IMG/VR virus record: IMGVR_UViG_3300025066_000007
Strand: one strand, 5' to 3'
Length of the DNA stretch: 64,000 nucleotides
Source of the DNA: a virus
Lineage: Duplodnaviria; Caudoviricetes
Positions 31,601-40,276 of this stretch are shown here, piece after piece. The notes beneath the pieces are model-generated. The model saw nothing but the letters and a program-made list of their open reading frames with translations, had not been told where the DNA came from and did no database searches. The position numbers and the translations under genes are program-made. Numbering within the stretch: the first letter of the stretch is position 1; each line of letters begins with the position of its first letter.

Positions 31601-32179
31601 TACGTCTTTCCTTGCTACTTCAACGATCTCTTCATCTGCATTTGTAAACTTCGGAGACATGCCCGTCAGGCCGCCTTCTGCGGCGAACAAACCAAGCAGT
31701 CTAGCCTCAGGAGCCTCAAGGGTTGTCTTCGGACAGATAACTCCAAGGCTTCTTGGTGTTGCAACAAAGTCTCCTTCCGTAAGAAGTGAGGCCTTCTTAC
31801 AGTTTAGGTCATCAGATAAAATTGGATGTGTTTTAGAAACACGCTCAGAAATGCCAGAGACCATAGTCACTTCTAGCATACTCTTTACTCCAGATACCTG
31901 AGTCGCAACAACTTTGGCTGGCCTCAGCTTGAGATCTTCGTCAAGGCCCCATACATAAAAATCCCGAAAATTTTCATGCAGTTCTTTTACAGAAGTTTTT
32001 TCTCCGGTATATGCGTCTGTCAATATGGTGTTGCCAGACAAGCACTTCCCTGAGCCATTACTTTTCGTATAATCACCCTCTGTATTTCCAATTAAAAGAG
32101 CAGAATTAAATTTCGTGAAATCAATTTCGCTTTCTGAATGTGAAAAGAAATTTATCATCTTTATATTAAGAGGAATCAT
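28655..32179 (-). CDS. sbcC: SbcC/Rad50 (gp46-like) ATPase with intein
   Basis: Walker A SNGSGK|S, long coiled coil with central CYVC, signature LSGGEKFR, Walker B LLLDE, ITHD. Confidence 0.93.
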   Translation of the reverse strand: MIPLNIKMINFFSHSESEIDFTKFNSALLIGNTEGDYTKSNGSGKCLSGNTILTDAYTGEKTSVKELHENFRDFYVWGLDEDLKLRPAKVVATQVSGVKSMLEVTMVSGISERVSKTHPILSDDLNCKKASLLTEGDFVATPRSLGVICPKTTLEAPEARLLGLFAAEGGLTGMSPKFTNADEEIVEVARKDVKDIFGGALSKQELTYTITSANDRRGNGAAILKRMQELGISLEEMSPNNWSRIKALQHALNYDKLLSFNDPIITRAAKSLSSARASRDFFKKYNLMGKKAIDKTLPTIFFSESKENVGAFLGMFFSGDGYIANTEKSREVSFRLESRQLAYDIQSLLLRFGVTGTVRRKLIAKKHNSWTLSLHTEAGNFDRFFDLVEGHVYGPKKARLLAMRKKIQSIRGNPNKDVVPSSLFRDEIQESIKSGAFYGNRDRFNLSRSQIRNKNMSRSKLGKYAAFMKSDRLTALSNADIYWDKVKAIKEIPDEQTYDIQIDNHTKLYALNGFITHNSVIFEGILWCLFNKSRSAMMDDIIRWGESICSVAMEFKHEDKVYRVKRTRNRVNSTSEVELHCLDKAGDWIDKSGSTSGSTNKKIEETIRLDHKTFVNSIYFRQNDISEFAEVEASRKKEILKSIVDVSRWDSYEKEAKKKAKELSMECKILKKSVEDYDVTFEELEDVRLNVSQSKERVGELQSKRSAYSKDISSLEVKYSKLKSSLDTDAYDKATEEILILNEKRGRLLGQVTDCKKRIFDLETEEAPILVLAGKLELYLKEKVLEEVDELKVEDLTSELSFYKVEKASSQELIRSLDDIEIAQDRCYVCSQDIDQELYDSLKKDILCKRGTYSERNSVAIRELRNTEDALNALLKTKAENVKILKAREKLEIENHKLSILKKNIAQYKQELSAAEIAAVEAADRLKRNKSQLESIKNEDFQAIRKNLKIFRAELSVLLENISKENVSIGRLLERESTLSAKLKKMSEDKKSIAKKMAAVSTFDKLAKMFGKNGIQAVLLDTIIEDLEKTSNVILSSICNEPASIVLETQRVGSDGVSTIETLDLKVQKDGHLQSFKSLSGGEKFRISLALRIGLSDMSSRYGGSSLEFLLLDEVNSPLDRYGVETLFVNVIKALEDKYKILVITHDESLKEKFDNIIDITKVNGESSIKFTTR
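30626..32044 (-). mobile_element. Intein (473 aa) with LAGLIDADG homing endonuclease
   Basis: Starts CLSGNT after GSGK, block B SKTHP, LLGLFAAEG and FLGMFFSGDG motifs, ends ITHN followed by Ser. Confidence 0.93.
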
Positions 32180-33345
32180 GCGTCTCCCATAATTATCTTA
32201 GCCTCTTTTAATAAGAGTTTTTGATATGCATCCTCAATTCCTTGTGACTTTGCAAAGGCCTCAAACATAGAGAAATCATCTTTGTGATTGAGTATTCCGA
32301 TATCCCGAACTGTTCTCTTGGTTATAATTTCGACCAAAACCTTTGAAACATAAAAGGCTCCGTTGTCATAAAGCTTCGACTGAATAGCCTTCCGATCAAC
32401 TGCAGGGGCAACCTTTTCGTCTATAGTAACCTTGAATCTTACGATTCTATCTTCTACGTCATACGCTTCTACTGCGTCGTCAAGAGCTTTTGTAATTCCC
32501 GAAAAATCATGCCCAGTTAGATCATAGGAAATATCCAGCAGATTGCGTACCGGTATTTTGCAAAATTTTGCTCTCTTTTTCTCAACGTTATAATCTATGA
32601 AATATTTCTCAATATTGGAATCTCCGAAATTAGACTTTTCCATAGAACCTGTATATATACAGACCGGAGAGCTTTTTCTTAAGACTCTAAACTGATGCAC
32701 ATGACCCATCATAGCGACATCGCACCCAGCAAAGGCCAAGGGTTTTGCCATAATCTCTGAGCCGCCGTAGTTATTATAACTTCCTTCGTAAAAGAAGTTG
32801 TGCCCCACAGCTATAATCGGTATATCCTGCTCACATGTTTCGATCAAAGATCGAACTTCTGCGTCATACCCCCCTGACTGCTCTGCAGTAGTCTTTCCGG
32901 GATACATCCTTTTGTCTCTATACGGAAGCAACAGTAGATTGACTCTTTTGTTGTCCTTATTGGAGACCTGAATTACATCTGGATTGAGAACCATGCGAAC
33001 ATTAGGGTACTCACAGGCTCCAAGAGAAGAGATAGAGCTTGTAAAGTTATCTCCGCTTCTCTTGTAGTCATGATTTCCCATTAAAATGAACGACGCAATA
33101 TTTGCGTTTGAAAGCTTCTTCAGGGCCCGATCTACAATTCCCATGTGCTCCGGTTCCGGATCCCTAAACTCAAACATATCTCCTGTTTGAATGAAGATTT
33201 CAGCCTTTGTTTCGATTGCATGGTCAACTACATAGTTGAGGCTTCTCTCATAGTCGTCCACTCTTGTGTTACCGCCCTTTCCATTCGACCTTCCTAGGCC
33301 AAATACTGCGCCGATATGCACATCTCCACATACTATAGCTCTCAT
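32176..33345 (-). CDS. sbcD: SbcD/Mre11 (gp47-like) metallophosphoesterase nuclease
   Basis: GDVHIG, TGDMF, MGNHD, GHN, MGHVH; adjacent to sbcC. Confidence 0.92.
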   Translation of the reverse strand: MRAIVCGDVHIGAVFGLGRSNGKGGNTRVDDYERSLNYVVDHAIETKAEIFIQTGDMFEFRDPEPEHMGIVDRALKKLSNANIASFILMGNHDYKRSGDNFTSSISSLGACEYPNVRMVLNPDVIQVSNKDNKRVNLLLLPYRDKRMYPGKTTAEQSGGYDAEVRSLIETCEQDIPIIAVGHNFFYEGSYNNYGGSEIMAKPLAFAGCDVAMMGHVHQFRVLRKSSPVCIYTGSMEKSNFGDSNIEKYFIDYNVEKKRAKFCKIPVRNLLDISYDLTGHDFSGITKALDDAVEAYDVEDRIVRFKVTIDEKVAPAVDRKAIQSKLYDNGAFYVSKVLVEIITKRTVRDIGILNHKDDFSMFEAFAKSQGIEDAYQKLLLKEAKIIMGDA

Positions 33346-33896
33346 AGTTTGAAATACCTCCTGTGCAAGATCTTCTTCAGTTTTTCCTGAATTCTTTTCG
33401 CTCCAGCAACGTCATACCTATCCAACAAGCTTATCTTTGAATCCATTTTTTTAATCAAAGATTCTATCCAAGCCGCATCATCCGAGTGCTTTCTTTGGAG
33501 ATTGCGAAGAATTTCTGATATCTCCAAAAGCACAAACAAAGTACTTTGCTTCTTTTCATGCACGCCGACTCGGGCCTTATTGGGATCTACACATACAGAG
33601 AGGTCTTCTATTGCCTCTGTAAAAGTTCGATCAGTACAGAGCATATAGAAGTCTATAGCATTATTTGAGGCTCCACATCCAAAACAATAAAAATTATTGT
33701 TTTGATTATCGATGTATAATGATCCGGTTCTTTCTAGTCCAGATTTATGCTCTGTTCCTGGACATTTGCACTTATGTGTAAAGTTTCCGCTATTTGCCTC
33801 AGAAAGGGCAATCCCCTGACTTTCTGCTATTTCAGAAATTTTAACAGAAGCCAATATATCCTGCTTTGAATAACGCCTCAAAAGAATTTGCTCCAA
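33342..33896 (-). CDS. Stand-alone CHC2 (primase-type) zinc-finger protein
   Basis: KCPGTEH..ERTGSLYI..FYCFGCGASNNAIDF. Confidence 0.82.
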   Translation of the reverse strand: MEQILLRRYSKQDILASVKISEIAESQGIALSEANSGNFTHKCKCPGTEHKSGLERTGSLYIDNQNNNFYCFGCGASNNAIDFYMLCTDRTFTEAIEDLSVCVDPNKARVGVHEKKQSTLFVLLEISEILRNLQRKHSDDAAWIESLIKKMDSKISLLDRYDVAGAKRIQEKLKKILHRRYFKL

Positions 33897-34966
33897 AAAG
33901 ATGGCTTACGCCTCTTAACCCCTAGCCTACTCAGCTCTTCCTCGATGTCAGTAATCTTCGGCGCACGAAAAAGTCTCGGAGTAGAGAGTGATGCGTCTAT
34001 ATAGAGGCCTGTTCCAATGTCCGTTATCTTCTCTGCCCCATTAGAATCCAGAATGACACGACTATCTACAGCGGAAGCAACCTTTAGTGCTATCCTGGCC
34101 GGAAAATTTGCCTTAATAAGGCCGGAAACTACATTTGAAGAAGGCCTCTGCGTTGCTAGGATTATGGAGATTCCAGCGGCCCTGCCTTTCTGAGCAAGGA
34201 GGCATAGCTTTTTTTGAATTGCCTTATTTTGCAAAGTTAAATCTGCCCATTCATCAATAACCAGAATAATCGGGTTCATTCTTGGCTTCTTTGGGAAGCT
34301 TAAATTAAACTCCCTTGCATCCCTTGCTCTCGCCTTCTGAAGTATCGCAAAACGCTCCTCCATAATAACTGTAATTTCGCCAATCACATCTATTGAGTCT
34401 TCTACGGAATGTACTATTTTCGCGACAGATGGTACATCTTTATATATAGAGAACTCAACCATCTTCGGATCTACCAAGTAGACTGCAGACTTCTTTCCTA
34501 TGAGAGAAAGAATGAAGTTATGCAGCAAAACACTCTTTCCAGACCCGGTCGTCCCTCCTATCAAAACGTTTGGCATCTTGTTCATATCTAAGCTTAGCAT
34601 TTTGCTGTGAGAGTCTGCCCCAAGAGTTATGGGAATATAGTGATTCTCGTCAAGAGAGCTGTATGCCTGCTCAAAAGAGGGCGGCGAAATTTGCTTGGTC
34701 TGAACGTGAACCCTATATATTCCCCGATCCATCATCATAGATCCAGTGGGGTAAGCGTGAGCCATAAGAGAAAGCCCTAAGTCTCCAAGGGCTCGATCCA
34801 CTTTGGAGGCCTTCTCTCCGTGCCTTAGCCTTATGTCATAAATATCGAAATATTCTTGCTCTTTTAAAGAAACAGAGTCTGCCTTGATCTTAAATGCACT
34901 AAGTAATTCTGAAAATACTTTTTCTTTTGTTTTTTCAAAAATCTGAACTCGACCCTCTTCCGGCAT
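33878..34966 (-). CDS. FtsK/SpoIIIE-family ATPase (no membrane anchor)
   Basis: PNVLIGGTTGSGKS, LVDPKMVEF, LVIDEWADL, KGRAAGISIILATQRP. Confidence 0.88.
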   Translation of the reverse strand: MPEEGRVQIFEKTKEKVFSELLSAFKIKADSVSLKEQEYFDIYDIRLRHGEKASKVDRALGDLGLSLMAHAYPTGSMMMDRGIYRVHVQTKQISPPSFEQAYSSLDENHYIPITLGADSHSKMLSLDMNKMPNVLIGGTTGSGKSVLLHNFILSLIGKKSAVYLVDPKMVEFSIYKDVPSVAKIVHSVEDSIDVIGEITVIMEERFAILQKARARDAREFNLSFPKKPRMNPIILVIDEWADLTLQNKAIQKKLCLLAQKGRAAGISIILATQRPSSNVVSGLIKANFPARIALKVASAVDSRVILDSNGAEKITDIGTGLYIDASLSTPRLFRAPKITDIEEELSRLGVKRRKPSFWSKFF

Positions 34967-35153
34967 TAGAACTCCTTATTTCTTCCAAAATATCCTGCAG
35001 CGCCTCGCGGTACCCTATACGAGCAATATAGGCACCGTCCTTTGTTGGGTCAAGAGAAAACTTGCGAGCCTCGTCTTCCAGCCCTCTAATAAGGGTATTG
35101 TTTTTTGATATTTTGCCTAGAATTAGGGAGATTGTCTCTTCCTTGAAGCTCAC
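34935..35153 (-). CDS. Hypothetical protein
   Basis: 72-aa ORF, coupled overlap. Confidence 0.6.
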   Translation of the reverse strand: MSFKEETISLILGKISKNNTLIRGLEDEARKFSLDPTKDGAYIARIGYREALQDILEEIRSSNAGRGSSSDF

Positions 35154-35503
35154 TTGGATCCCTGGTTCTTCTTAACTCGGCCGAGCTCTCTTTTTAGATC
35201 TCGGAGCTCTGCCTCAAGCTTGATGTTATCATCCCTAAGCTTAAGAGAGGATCTTAGAGATAAAACTATAAGGCCAAAAATTCCTTCCCCAGGATTGATT
35301 CCATCAAGGTCGTCGGCCGCAACCAGCAATCTATTGAGGATAGATACTACATTTTTGTGGTAGCCCGGAGTCTGGTTGTCGGGATGAGTTTTGTCGGACA
35401 AGAGTCTCTTGAAGTCGTCAAAGGCACTCTCTACTCCGCTTTGTGCCTTGCTCTTCTTTGAGTCCATATACTTGCTATTCGCAGGCATCTTTACGTTAGA
35501 CAT
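35150..35503 (-). CDS. Hypothetical coiled-coil protein
   Basis: 117-aa ORF. Confidence 0.65.
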   Translation of the reverse strand: MSNVKMPANSKYMDSKKSKAQSGVESAFDDFKRLLSDKTHPDNQTPGYHKNVVSILNRLLVAADDLDGINPGEGIFGLIVLSLRSSLKLRDDNIKLEAELRDLKRELGRVKKNQGSK

Positions 35504-35825
35504 GAAAATCTTCCTCCAGCATTAACATTATGTATATACCGCATCTTTTATGCATTTTTAAAAATGCCTGTATCTCGTGCAGCCTATCTTCTCCTATGAT
35601 ACCAAACTGTCTATATAAAAAGTTGATTATGTTAATGCACTTGTTATGGTCGTTACAGGGCGCGTCAAATAAGCCGCAAGCATTTTCTAAAAAAGGCATC
35701 AACTTATCTTTCGTCTCTCTGTTTAATTTGGACAAGTCTGCAATTGGATTAACAATAGAATTGCAGCAAATAAATCCAGAGCTTTCAACATGTCCATTGC
35801 ATCCAAATAATATCAAAATCTTCAC
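35496..35825 (-). CDS. Cys/His-rich hypothetical protein
   Basis: 109-aa ORF. Confidence 0.6.
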   Translation of the reverse strand: MKILILFGCNGHVESSGFICCNSIVNPIADLSKLNRETKDKLMPFLENACGLFDAPCNDHNKCINIINFLYRQFGIIGEDRLHEIQAFLKMHKRCGIYIMLMLEEDFHV

Positions 35826-35887
35826 CTACATCTTCTCTGTATTTTACATGTTTAATAAATCGAAACAATCGTTAGGAAGTGCCTCTC

Positions 35888-36206
35888 TTAGATATCTATA
35901 TATCCTCCGAAAGAGACGCTCATTACATCTGTTGAATTTGGATCTGCAGTAATTACAAACATATCTCCAGTTGTGCCGTCTAGTTGAAGCTCTGCAATAT
36001 TAGGGGAAATTCCACTGTCCTTCGGAAGAGCCCAGGCTGCCAATAATCGCCCCTTATCAGAAGTCATGATCCCTGTGGAAGAAGTATCGTATTCTATATA
36101 ATCTCCAAAGTCAGTCCACGATGCAGCTCCGACCAAGTCTGGATTCAGATATAGCCTAAAGGATGAGAATTTCCTGCATCAATCGTTACCTCACTTGATA
36201 TGCCAT
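35888..36206 (-). pseudogene. Interrupted or recoded structural-protein fragment
   Basis: A coupled ATG (TAATG, GGAG RBS) at 36206 stops after 6 codons; a protein-like frame (RLYLNPDLVGAASW...) continues in another frame to 35888. Confidence 0.4.
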
Positions 36207-38014
36207 TATACTATACTCCACTCTGTGCCAGAAAAAGCCAGCATAACACTTGCATAATCTGCGTCAAGAACAAGAGAGGCTGCACCATCAATTGTCTCTG
36301 CGCCATCTGTATTAATCGTTATATTGCTAGCGAAAGCTGACCCAGCTTTATCTTTTATTGTTAAAACTCCAGTATTATGATCAGCTCCAGCCAAAAGAGT
36401 TATAACTTGCGCCGTGCCTGTTGCTAACACGTAGTCATCTGTTGCCAAGACCACATAAGGATCTGCGGCAGTCTCCGTAATAGTTGGAGTGGCAATAGAC
36501 GGAGTCTTCCAGGCCGGTTGCCGATTCGCGTCTGCCGTAACAACCTGCCCTGGAGTCCCTGTCTCTAAGTAATAAATATCTCCACTATCAGGAAACGCGG
36601 TTGATTCACTTGGATTCGAATTCCAAAGGGTAATATGCCCTTTCCCCTTCTTCAAATCATTAATTCTAATCGGAGAATGGTCGGCAGGAGCAGATTCTCC
36701 TCCCGTAGCTCTTTCAACAATATGAATCCTTCTTGCCGGAGCAGTTAAGAGATCTGGACCTATAACCTCGCCAGGAGTGATGGGGCCGATCCCTACATAT
36801 CCCGCCTTATCCAGAGAATCTTTGCCTCCATCTATAATGATCGCAGTCTTGAGGGCCGCATCAGTATCATGGTACGTCTGTAAATATAGATTTCCATAAT
36901 CATTTGCGCTTCCCCCATAAGTATGATGAAAGCCGGCGATCCTAGCTATAGGGCCGGATGATAAGGTTCCGGAATTTCCGATGAAATTAAATGCAGAATA
37001 TTTATCAAAATCTCCTGGGCCATTAGTTGTGTTTTCCAGAGAAATAATCGGCCCAGTGCCTTCTCCCGTTCCTCCTGCAACTTTGTTATAAAGAAAAGAG
37101 CTGTTTCCTCCAAATGATCCAGAGTCATTATACTGAATATTTGTATCTGCTCCGCCAGGAGTAGACGGCGTTGTACTAGACTCAATCTTAACGGTATCTG
37201 TGTCAGCGGTTGCAGTTAGGGTAATTCCAGTTCCGGCAGAAAAGGTAACCGTATCCGTAACGCTATCAGCGACTACAGGGCCGCCTGACGCCGAACCGCC
37301 GTCCGCAACTACAGCAATATTTTCAAATAAATTTTGAACGCCTACAGAAGAACTTGTGTAAAAATCTCCGCTCGCATCGACAACAACAGCCGTTCCACTT
37401 CCTGCTGACAGCCCGACCACTCTTAATGGAGGATTTACCAAGTCCTTTATGTGCAATCTTCTGTCTGGAGAAGAAATTCCTATTCCAACTCGCGTATTCG
37501 TATAGTCGTATACAAATCCGTTGTTTCCGCCAAACGCTCCTGCGTTATTGAACTGTATGTTGGTGTTGTCTCCGCCTGCAGAGCCTGATAAATCTAAGAA
37601 ATACTTCTTTTCCCCAGTTGTAGTATTCTCTATATATTCTGGTATCGCGAGATTTTCAAGATCTTCTCCAGCAGCAATTGCAGCAGCCCTTCTTGCTGCT
37701 GGCGTTCCATAAACTAAGTCAGAATAGCTTTGCAAATTAATATATTGTACTGCCGGAGTTGAGCCTCCGTATCCACCGAGGTTTGCATGAGCCAGCTGAC
37801 CTCTTACATGAGCCCCCTCTGTCAGAAGTATCTTGGAGGCTCTTCCATTCGCATGGGTCCCATCATGAACGTGTCCTGCCACAAGAGGATGAAATTCATC
37901 AACCGAAGTATTAGATCCATACTCTCCTCCGAAAATGCGATTCATTACGTCTGCAGTAACAACCGTTACGGCCGACGTATACTTTGTCAAATTAGTATCG
38001 CTGCTATCTGCCAT
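36206..38014 (-). CDS. Tail fibre/spike-like structural protein
   Basis: Gly/Thr/Ser-rich; repeated GGxxTNIQ[FY]NxxGxFGG; fibre-like C-terminus; N-terminus paralogous to next gene. Confidence 0.6.
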   Translation of the reverse strand: MADSSDTNLTKYTSAVTVVTADVMNRIFGGEYGSNTSVDEFHPLVAGHVHDGTHANGRASKILLTEGAHVRGQLAHANLGGYGGSTPAVQYINLQSYSDLVYGTPAARRAAAIAAGEDLENLAIPEYIENTTTGEKKYFLDLSGSAGGDNTNIQFNNAGAFGGNNGFVYDYTNTRVGIGISSPDRRLHIKDLVNPPLRVVGLSAGSGTAVVVDASGDFYTSSSVGVQNLFENIAVVADGGSASGGPVVADSVTDTVTFSAGTGITLTATADTDTVKIESSTTPSTPGGADTNIQYNDSGSFGGNSSFLYNKVAGGTGEGTGPIISLENTTNGPGDFDKYSAFNFIGNSGTLSSGPIARIAGFHHTYGGSANDYGNLYLQTYHDTDAALKTAIIIDGGKDSLDKAGYVGIGPITPGEVIGPDLLTAPARRIHIVERATGGESAPADHSPIRINDLKKGKGHITLWNSNPSESTAFPDSGDIYYLETGTPGQVVTADANRQPAWKTPSIATPTITETAADPYVVLATDDYVLATGTAQVITLLAGADHNTGVLTIKDKAGSAFASNITINTDGAETIDGAASLVLDADYASVMLAFSGTEWSIV

Positions 38015-38015
38015 C

Positions 38016-39686
38016 TTAAACCGTAGGCTCCCTAAATACGTTCAGCATATTTTCAACAACAGTGAGTTTGACAGCAACGCTTTCACCGACAAGCAGATTG
38101 GAGCCTACTTGGTCAGATTGATTTAGCATTACGAACTTAAGGCTACTCCCCTTTGCGATGCCGGTACCCGCATCGGTTGGAGCAGTCTCATCGTGACAGA
38201 AGAATACTTCAAAATCAGAAGCGCCGCCTCCGACAGGGGCTGCGGGACTTGTAACTCTAGAGCCGCTCGTTCCCATCGCCAATGGAATAAGGGCTCCAGA
38301 GTCAAATGTTTCCAAAAGAGAGGTCATCTTGTAATCGAATGATCCATCATTTTTGCAAACAACGCCTCCATTCATCAGGAAAGCTGTAGAGTTATGCTCA
38401 CTTACATTTAGCGTATTTTGATCCCAATATGTATATGATATTGTTGCTTCTATTCTTATGGAATAAGAGCAATTAGCCCTTGGAAAAAAGGCTCTCTTAG
38501 GGGACGCTGTGTCTTCTGCTCCATCCAAATATGCAACAGTTGTTGTTGGATACGGAACGGAAGATGTAGCAATATTTGCTCGACTATAGTTGAAGTGACC
38601 AAACATTGTTGCGCTAAAAACCTGAGCACTTCCGACATCCTTTGTAAACAAAGTCCAAAGACCTGCAGAGCTGGAATTTAATGGGAAATCTGATAAAACT
38701 GGATTTTCTGGATTATATGCTCCTGAGGCTTGCGTGTTTTGTCCCCACATGTGAGAGTGGCCTCGAAATCCAATTACAGAGGAACTATCAGGGGAGTCTG
38801 CAGCCTCTTCAGAGGCCTCTATAAGATTGCTGGCTCCACATACCATAGAAGCCTCACCCGCCTCTATGGTATTGCTCTTTCCGCCCAATACAACTGAGGT
38901 CTCAGCTCCTGACTTAATCGTATTTTTCGTTCCACTAACTACAGCAGAGAGGGCCGCCTCAACAAGATTTTCTTTTCCACCGGAAATAACAGAATAATCT
39001 CCAGACGCTTCCGTATCTGCCCCAAGAGCTACAGAGGCTATGCCGCGATTTGCTTCATCCCACTGTGTATGATCAACTGTTCCTGCTCTAAATGCGGAAT
39101 TGGATTTGTCAAAAAAGAATCGACTGTCTCCGTCACCGCCTAGATCAAGATCCTCAAGCGATGAGGAGCCAAATACAAAGTCAAACCCTTCTGCGCTAGA
39201 CCAAACATCCTCTATAGCCTCAAGGCTTGATCCATTCCATGTCTGATCCTTCTGCCTTATAATCTTATTCTCTGTTATAGCAGACGCGGCACTTGAGGGG
39301 TCAGAGTCTTCCTGAAAGGTCAGGTCTGCCCTAAGACCTCTCAGGTCCAGAAGGTACTTTGTAATAGATCCGTCTTCTGTATACTCTGGAATTGCCTCGC
39401 TAACAGTTATCGTATCAAAAACCGTTCTCTTTGTAACGGCTTTATCTCCAAGGTTTTGATTCTGTAACTGACCAGAAACATGGTCGATCAAATCGATCTT
39501 CCCTGCATGACCGTCTGCTCTGGCTCCGTCATGAACATGGCCGGCAACCCTGGGATCATCAGCTGCTAGCAAATCTCCAGATGATGTTCCGAATTCTCCT
39601 CCATATAATGAATTAGCAAAATCTGCTGTAACAATTGTTACCGCAGATTTAAACTTAGTTAGTACGCCTGAGGAATCGCTTGCCAT
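38016..39686 (-). CDS. Tail fibre/adhesin-like structural protein
   Basis: Repeats of trimeric beta-roll type (ASVALG..SVISGG.N..SAVVSG.KN..SVVLGG..N); shared N-terminus with 36206-38014. Confidence 0.6.
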   Translation of the reverse strand: MASDSSGVLTKFKSAVTIVTADFANSLYGGEFGTSSGDLLAADDPRVAGHVHDGARADGHAGKIDLIDHVSGQLQNQNLGDKAVTKRTVFDTITVSEAIPEYTEDGSITKYLLDLRGLRADLTFQEDSDPSSAASAITENKIIRQKDQTWNGSSLEAIEDVWSSAEGFDFVFGSSSLEDLDLGGDGDSRFFFDKSNSAFRAGTVDHTQWDEANRGIASVALGADTEASGDYSVISGGKENLVEAALSAVVSGTKNTIKSGAETSVVLGGKSNTIEAGEASMVCGASNLIEASEEAADSPDSSSVIGFRGHSHMWGQNTQASGAYNPENPVLSDFPLNSSSAGLWTLFTKDVGSAQVFSATMFGHFNYSRANIATSSVPYPTTTVAYLDGAEDTASPKRAFFPRANCSYSIRIEATISYTYWDQNTLNVSEHNSTAFLMNGGVVCKNDGSFDYKMTSLLETFDSGALIPLAMGTSGSRVTSPAAPVGGGASDFEVFFCHDETAPTDAGTGIAKGSSLKFVMLNQSDQVGSNLLVGESVAVKLTVVENMLNVFREPTV

Positions 39687-39973
39687 TACTTTTTACGACT
39701 TTTGAAATACTTTTTAATTTTGTCACTAACTTTAAATTTAACTGACTGATAGGCGTCAAGGACCATTTTCTCTTGAGTCTTCGGATTCCTAACTGGCCTA
39801 GGAGCATGTGTATATAGGTAGTATTTTCCAAACCCTACAATAGAGACCTCTCCATCTTCCTCTAGGCCTTCTATTATTGATTCGATTGTAGCCTCTAGAA
39901 CTTGGTAGGACTCCTTTTGGGTCAGCAGAGTTTTTGATGCTATTCTTTTTGCTAATTTCTTTTTGTTCATCAT
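39686..39973 (-). CDS. hup: HU/IHF-family DNA-binding protein
   Basis: VSIVGFGKY..PRPVRNPKTQEKM..VKFKVS. Confidence 0.93.
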   Translation of the reverse strand: MMNKKKLAKRIASKTLLTQKESYQVLEATIESIIEGLEEDGEVSIVGFGKYYLYTHAPRPVRNPKTQEKMVLDAYQSVKFKVSDKIKKYFKSRKK

Positions 39974-39996
39974 AAGTTTGGTCTACCATTTTTGCA

Positions 39997-40018
39997 CATG
40001 CACGCATATGCGTGCATG
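39997..40018. repeat. Perfect 22-bp palindrome of alternating purine/pyrimidine
   Basis: CATGCACGCAT|ATGCGTGCATG upstream of the HU gene. Confidence 0.9.
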
Positions 40019-40054
40019 CCTTGTACCTATAAATCTTTAATTATTAATAGTAAA

Positions 40055-40276
40055 TTAAAGGATATCATCATCAAACTTACCGGCATGCTTTCTGGACCTC
40101 GCAAGATCCTCTTCCAGTTCGTTCAACTTACGTAGGTAATAGTCATAAATCACTACTAAATCTGCTTCATCCATACTTCTTGGGTCTATCCCATAATTTT
40201 CATATATTTCACCTACTTTTTCAACAACCTTTAACAATGCACCTTCTTTATCTAACGTAGCCCATGAACCTATCAT
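40055..40276 (-). CDS. Hypothetical protein
   Basis: 73-aa ORF. Confidence 0.6.
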   Translation of the reverse strand: MIGSWATLDKEGALLKVVEKVGEIYENYGIDPRSMDEADLVVIYDYYLRKLNELEEDLARSRKHAGKFDDDIL

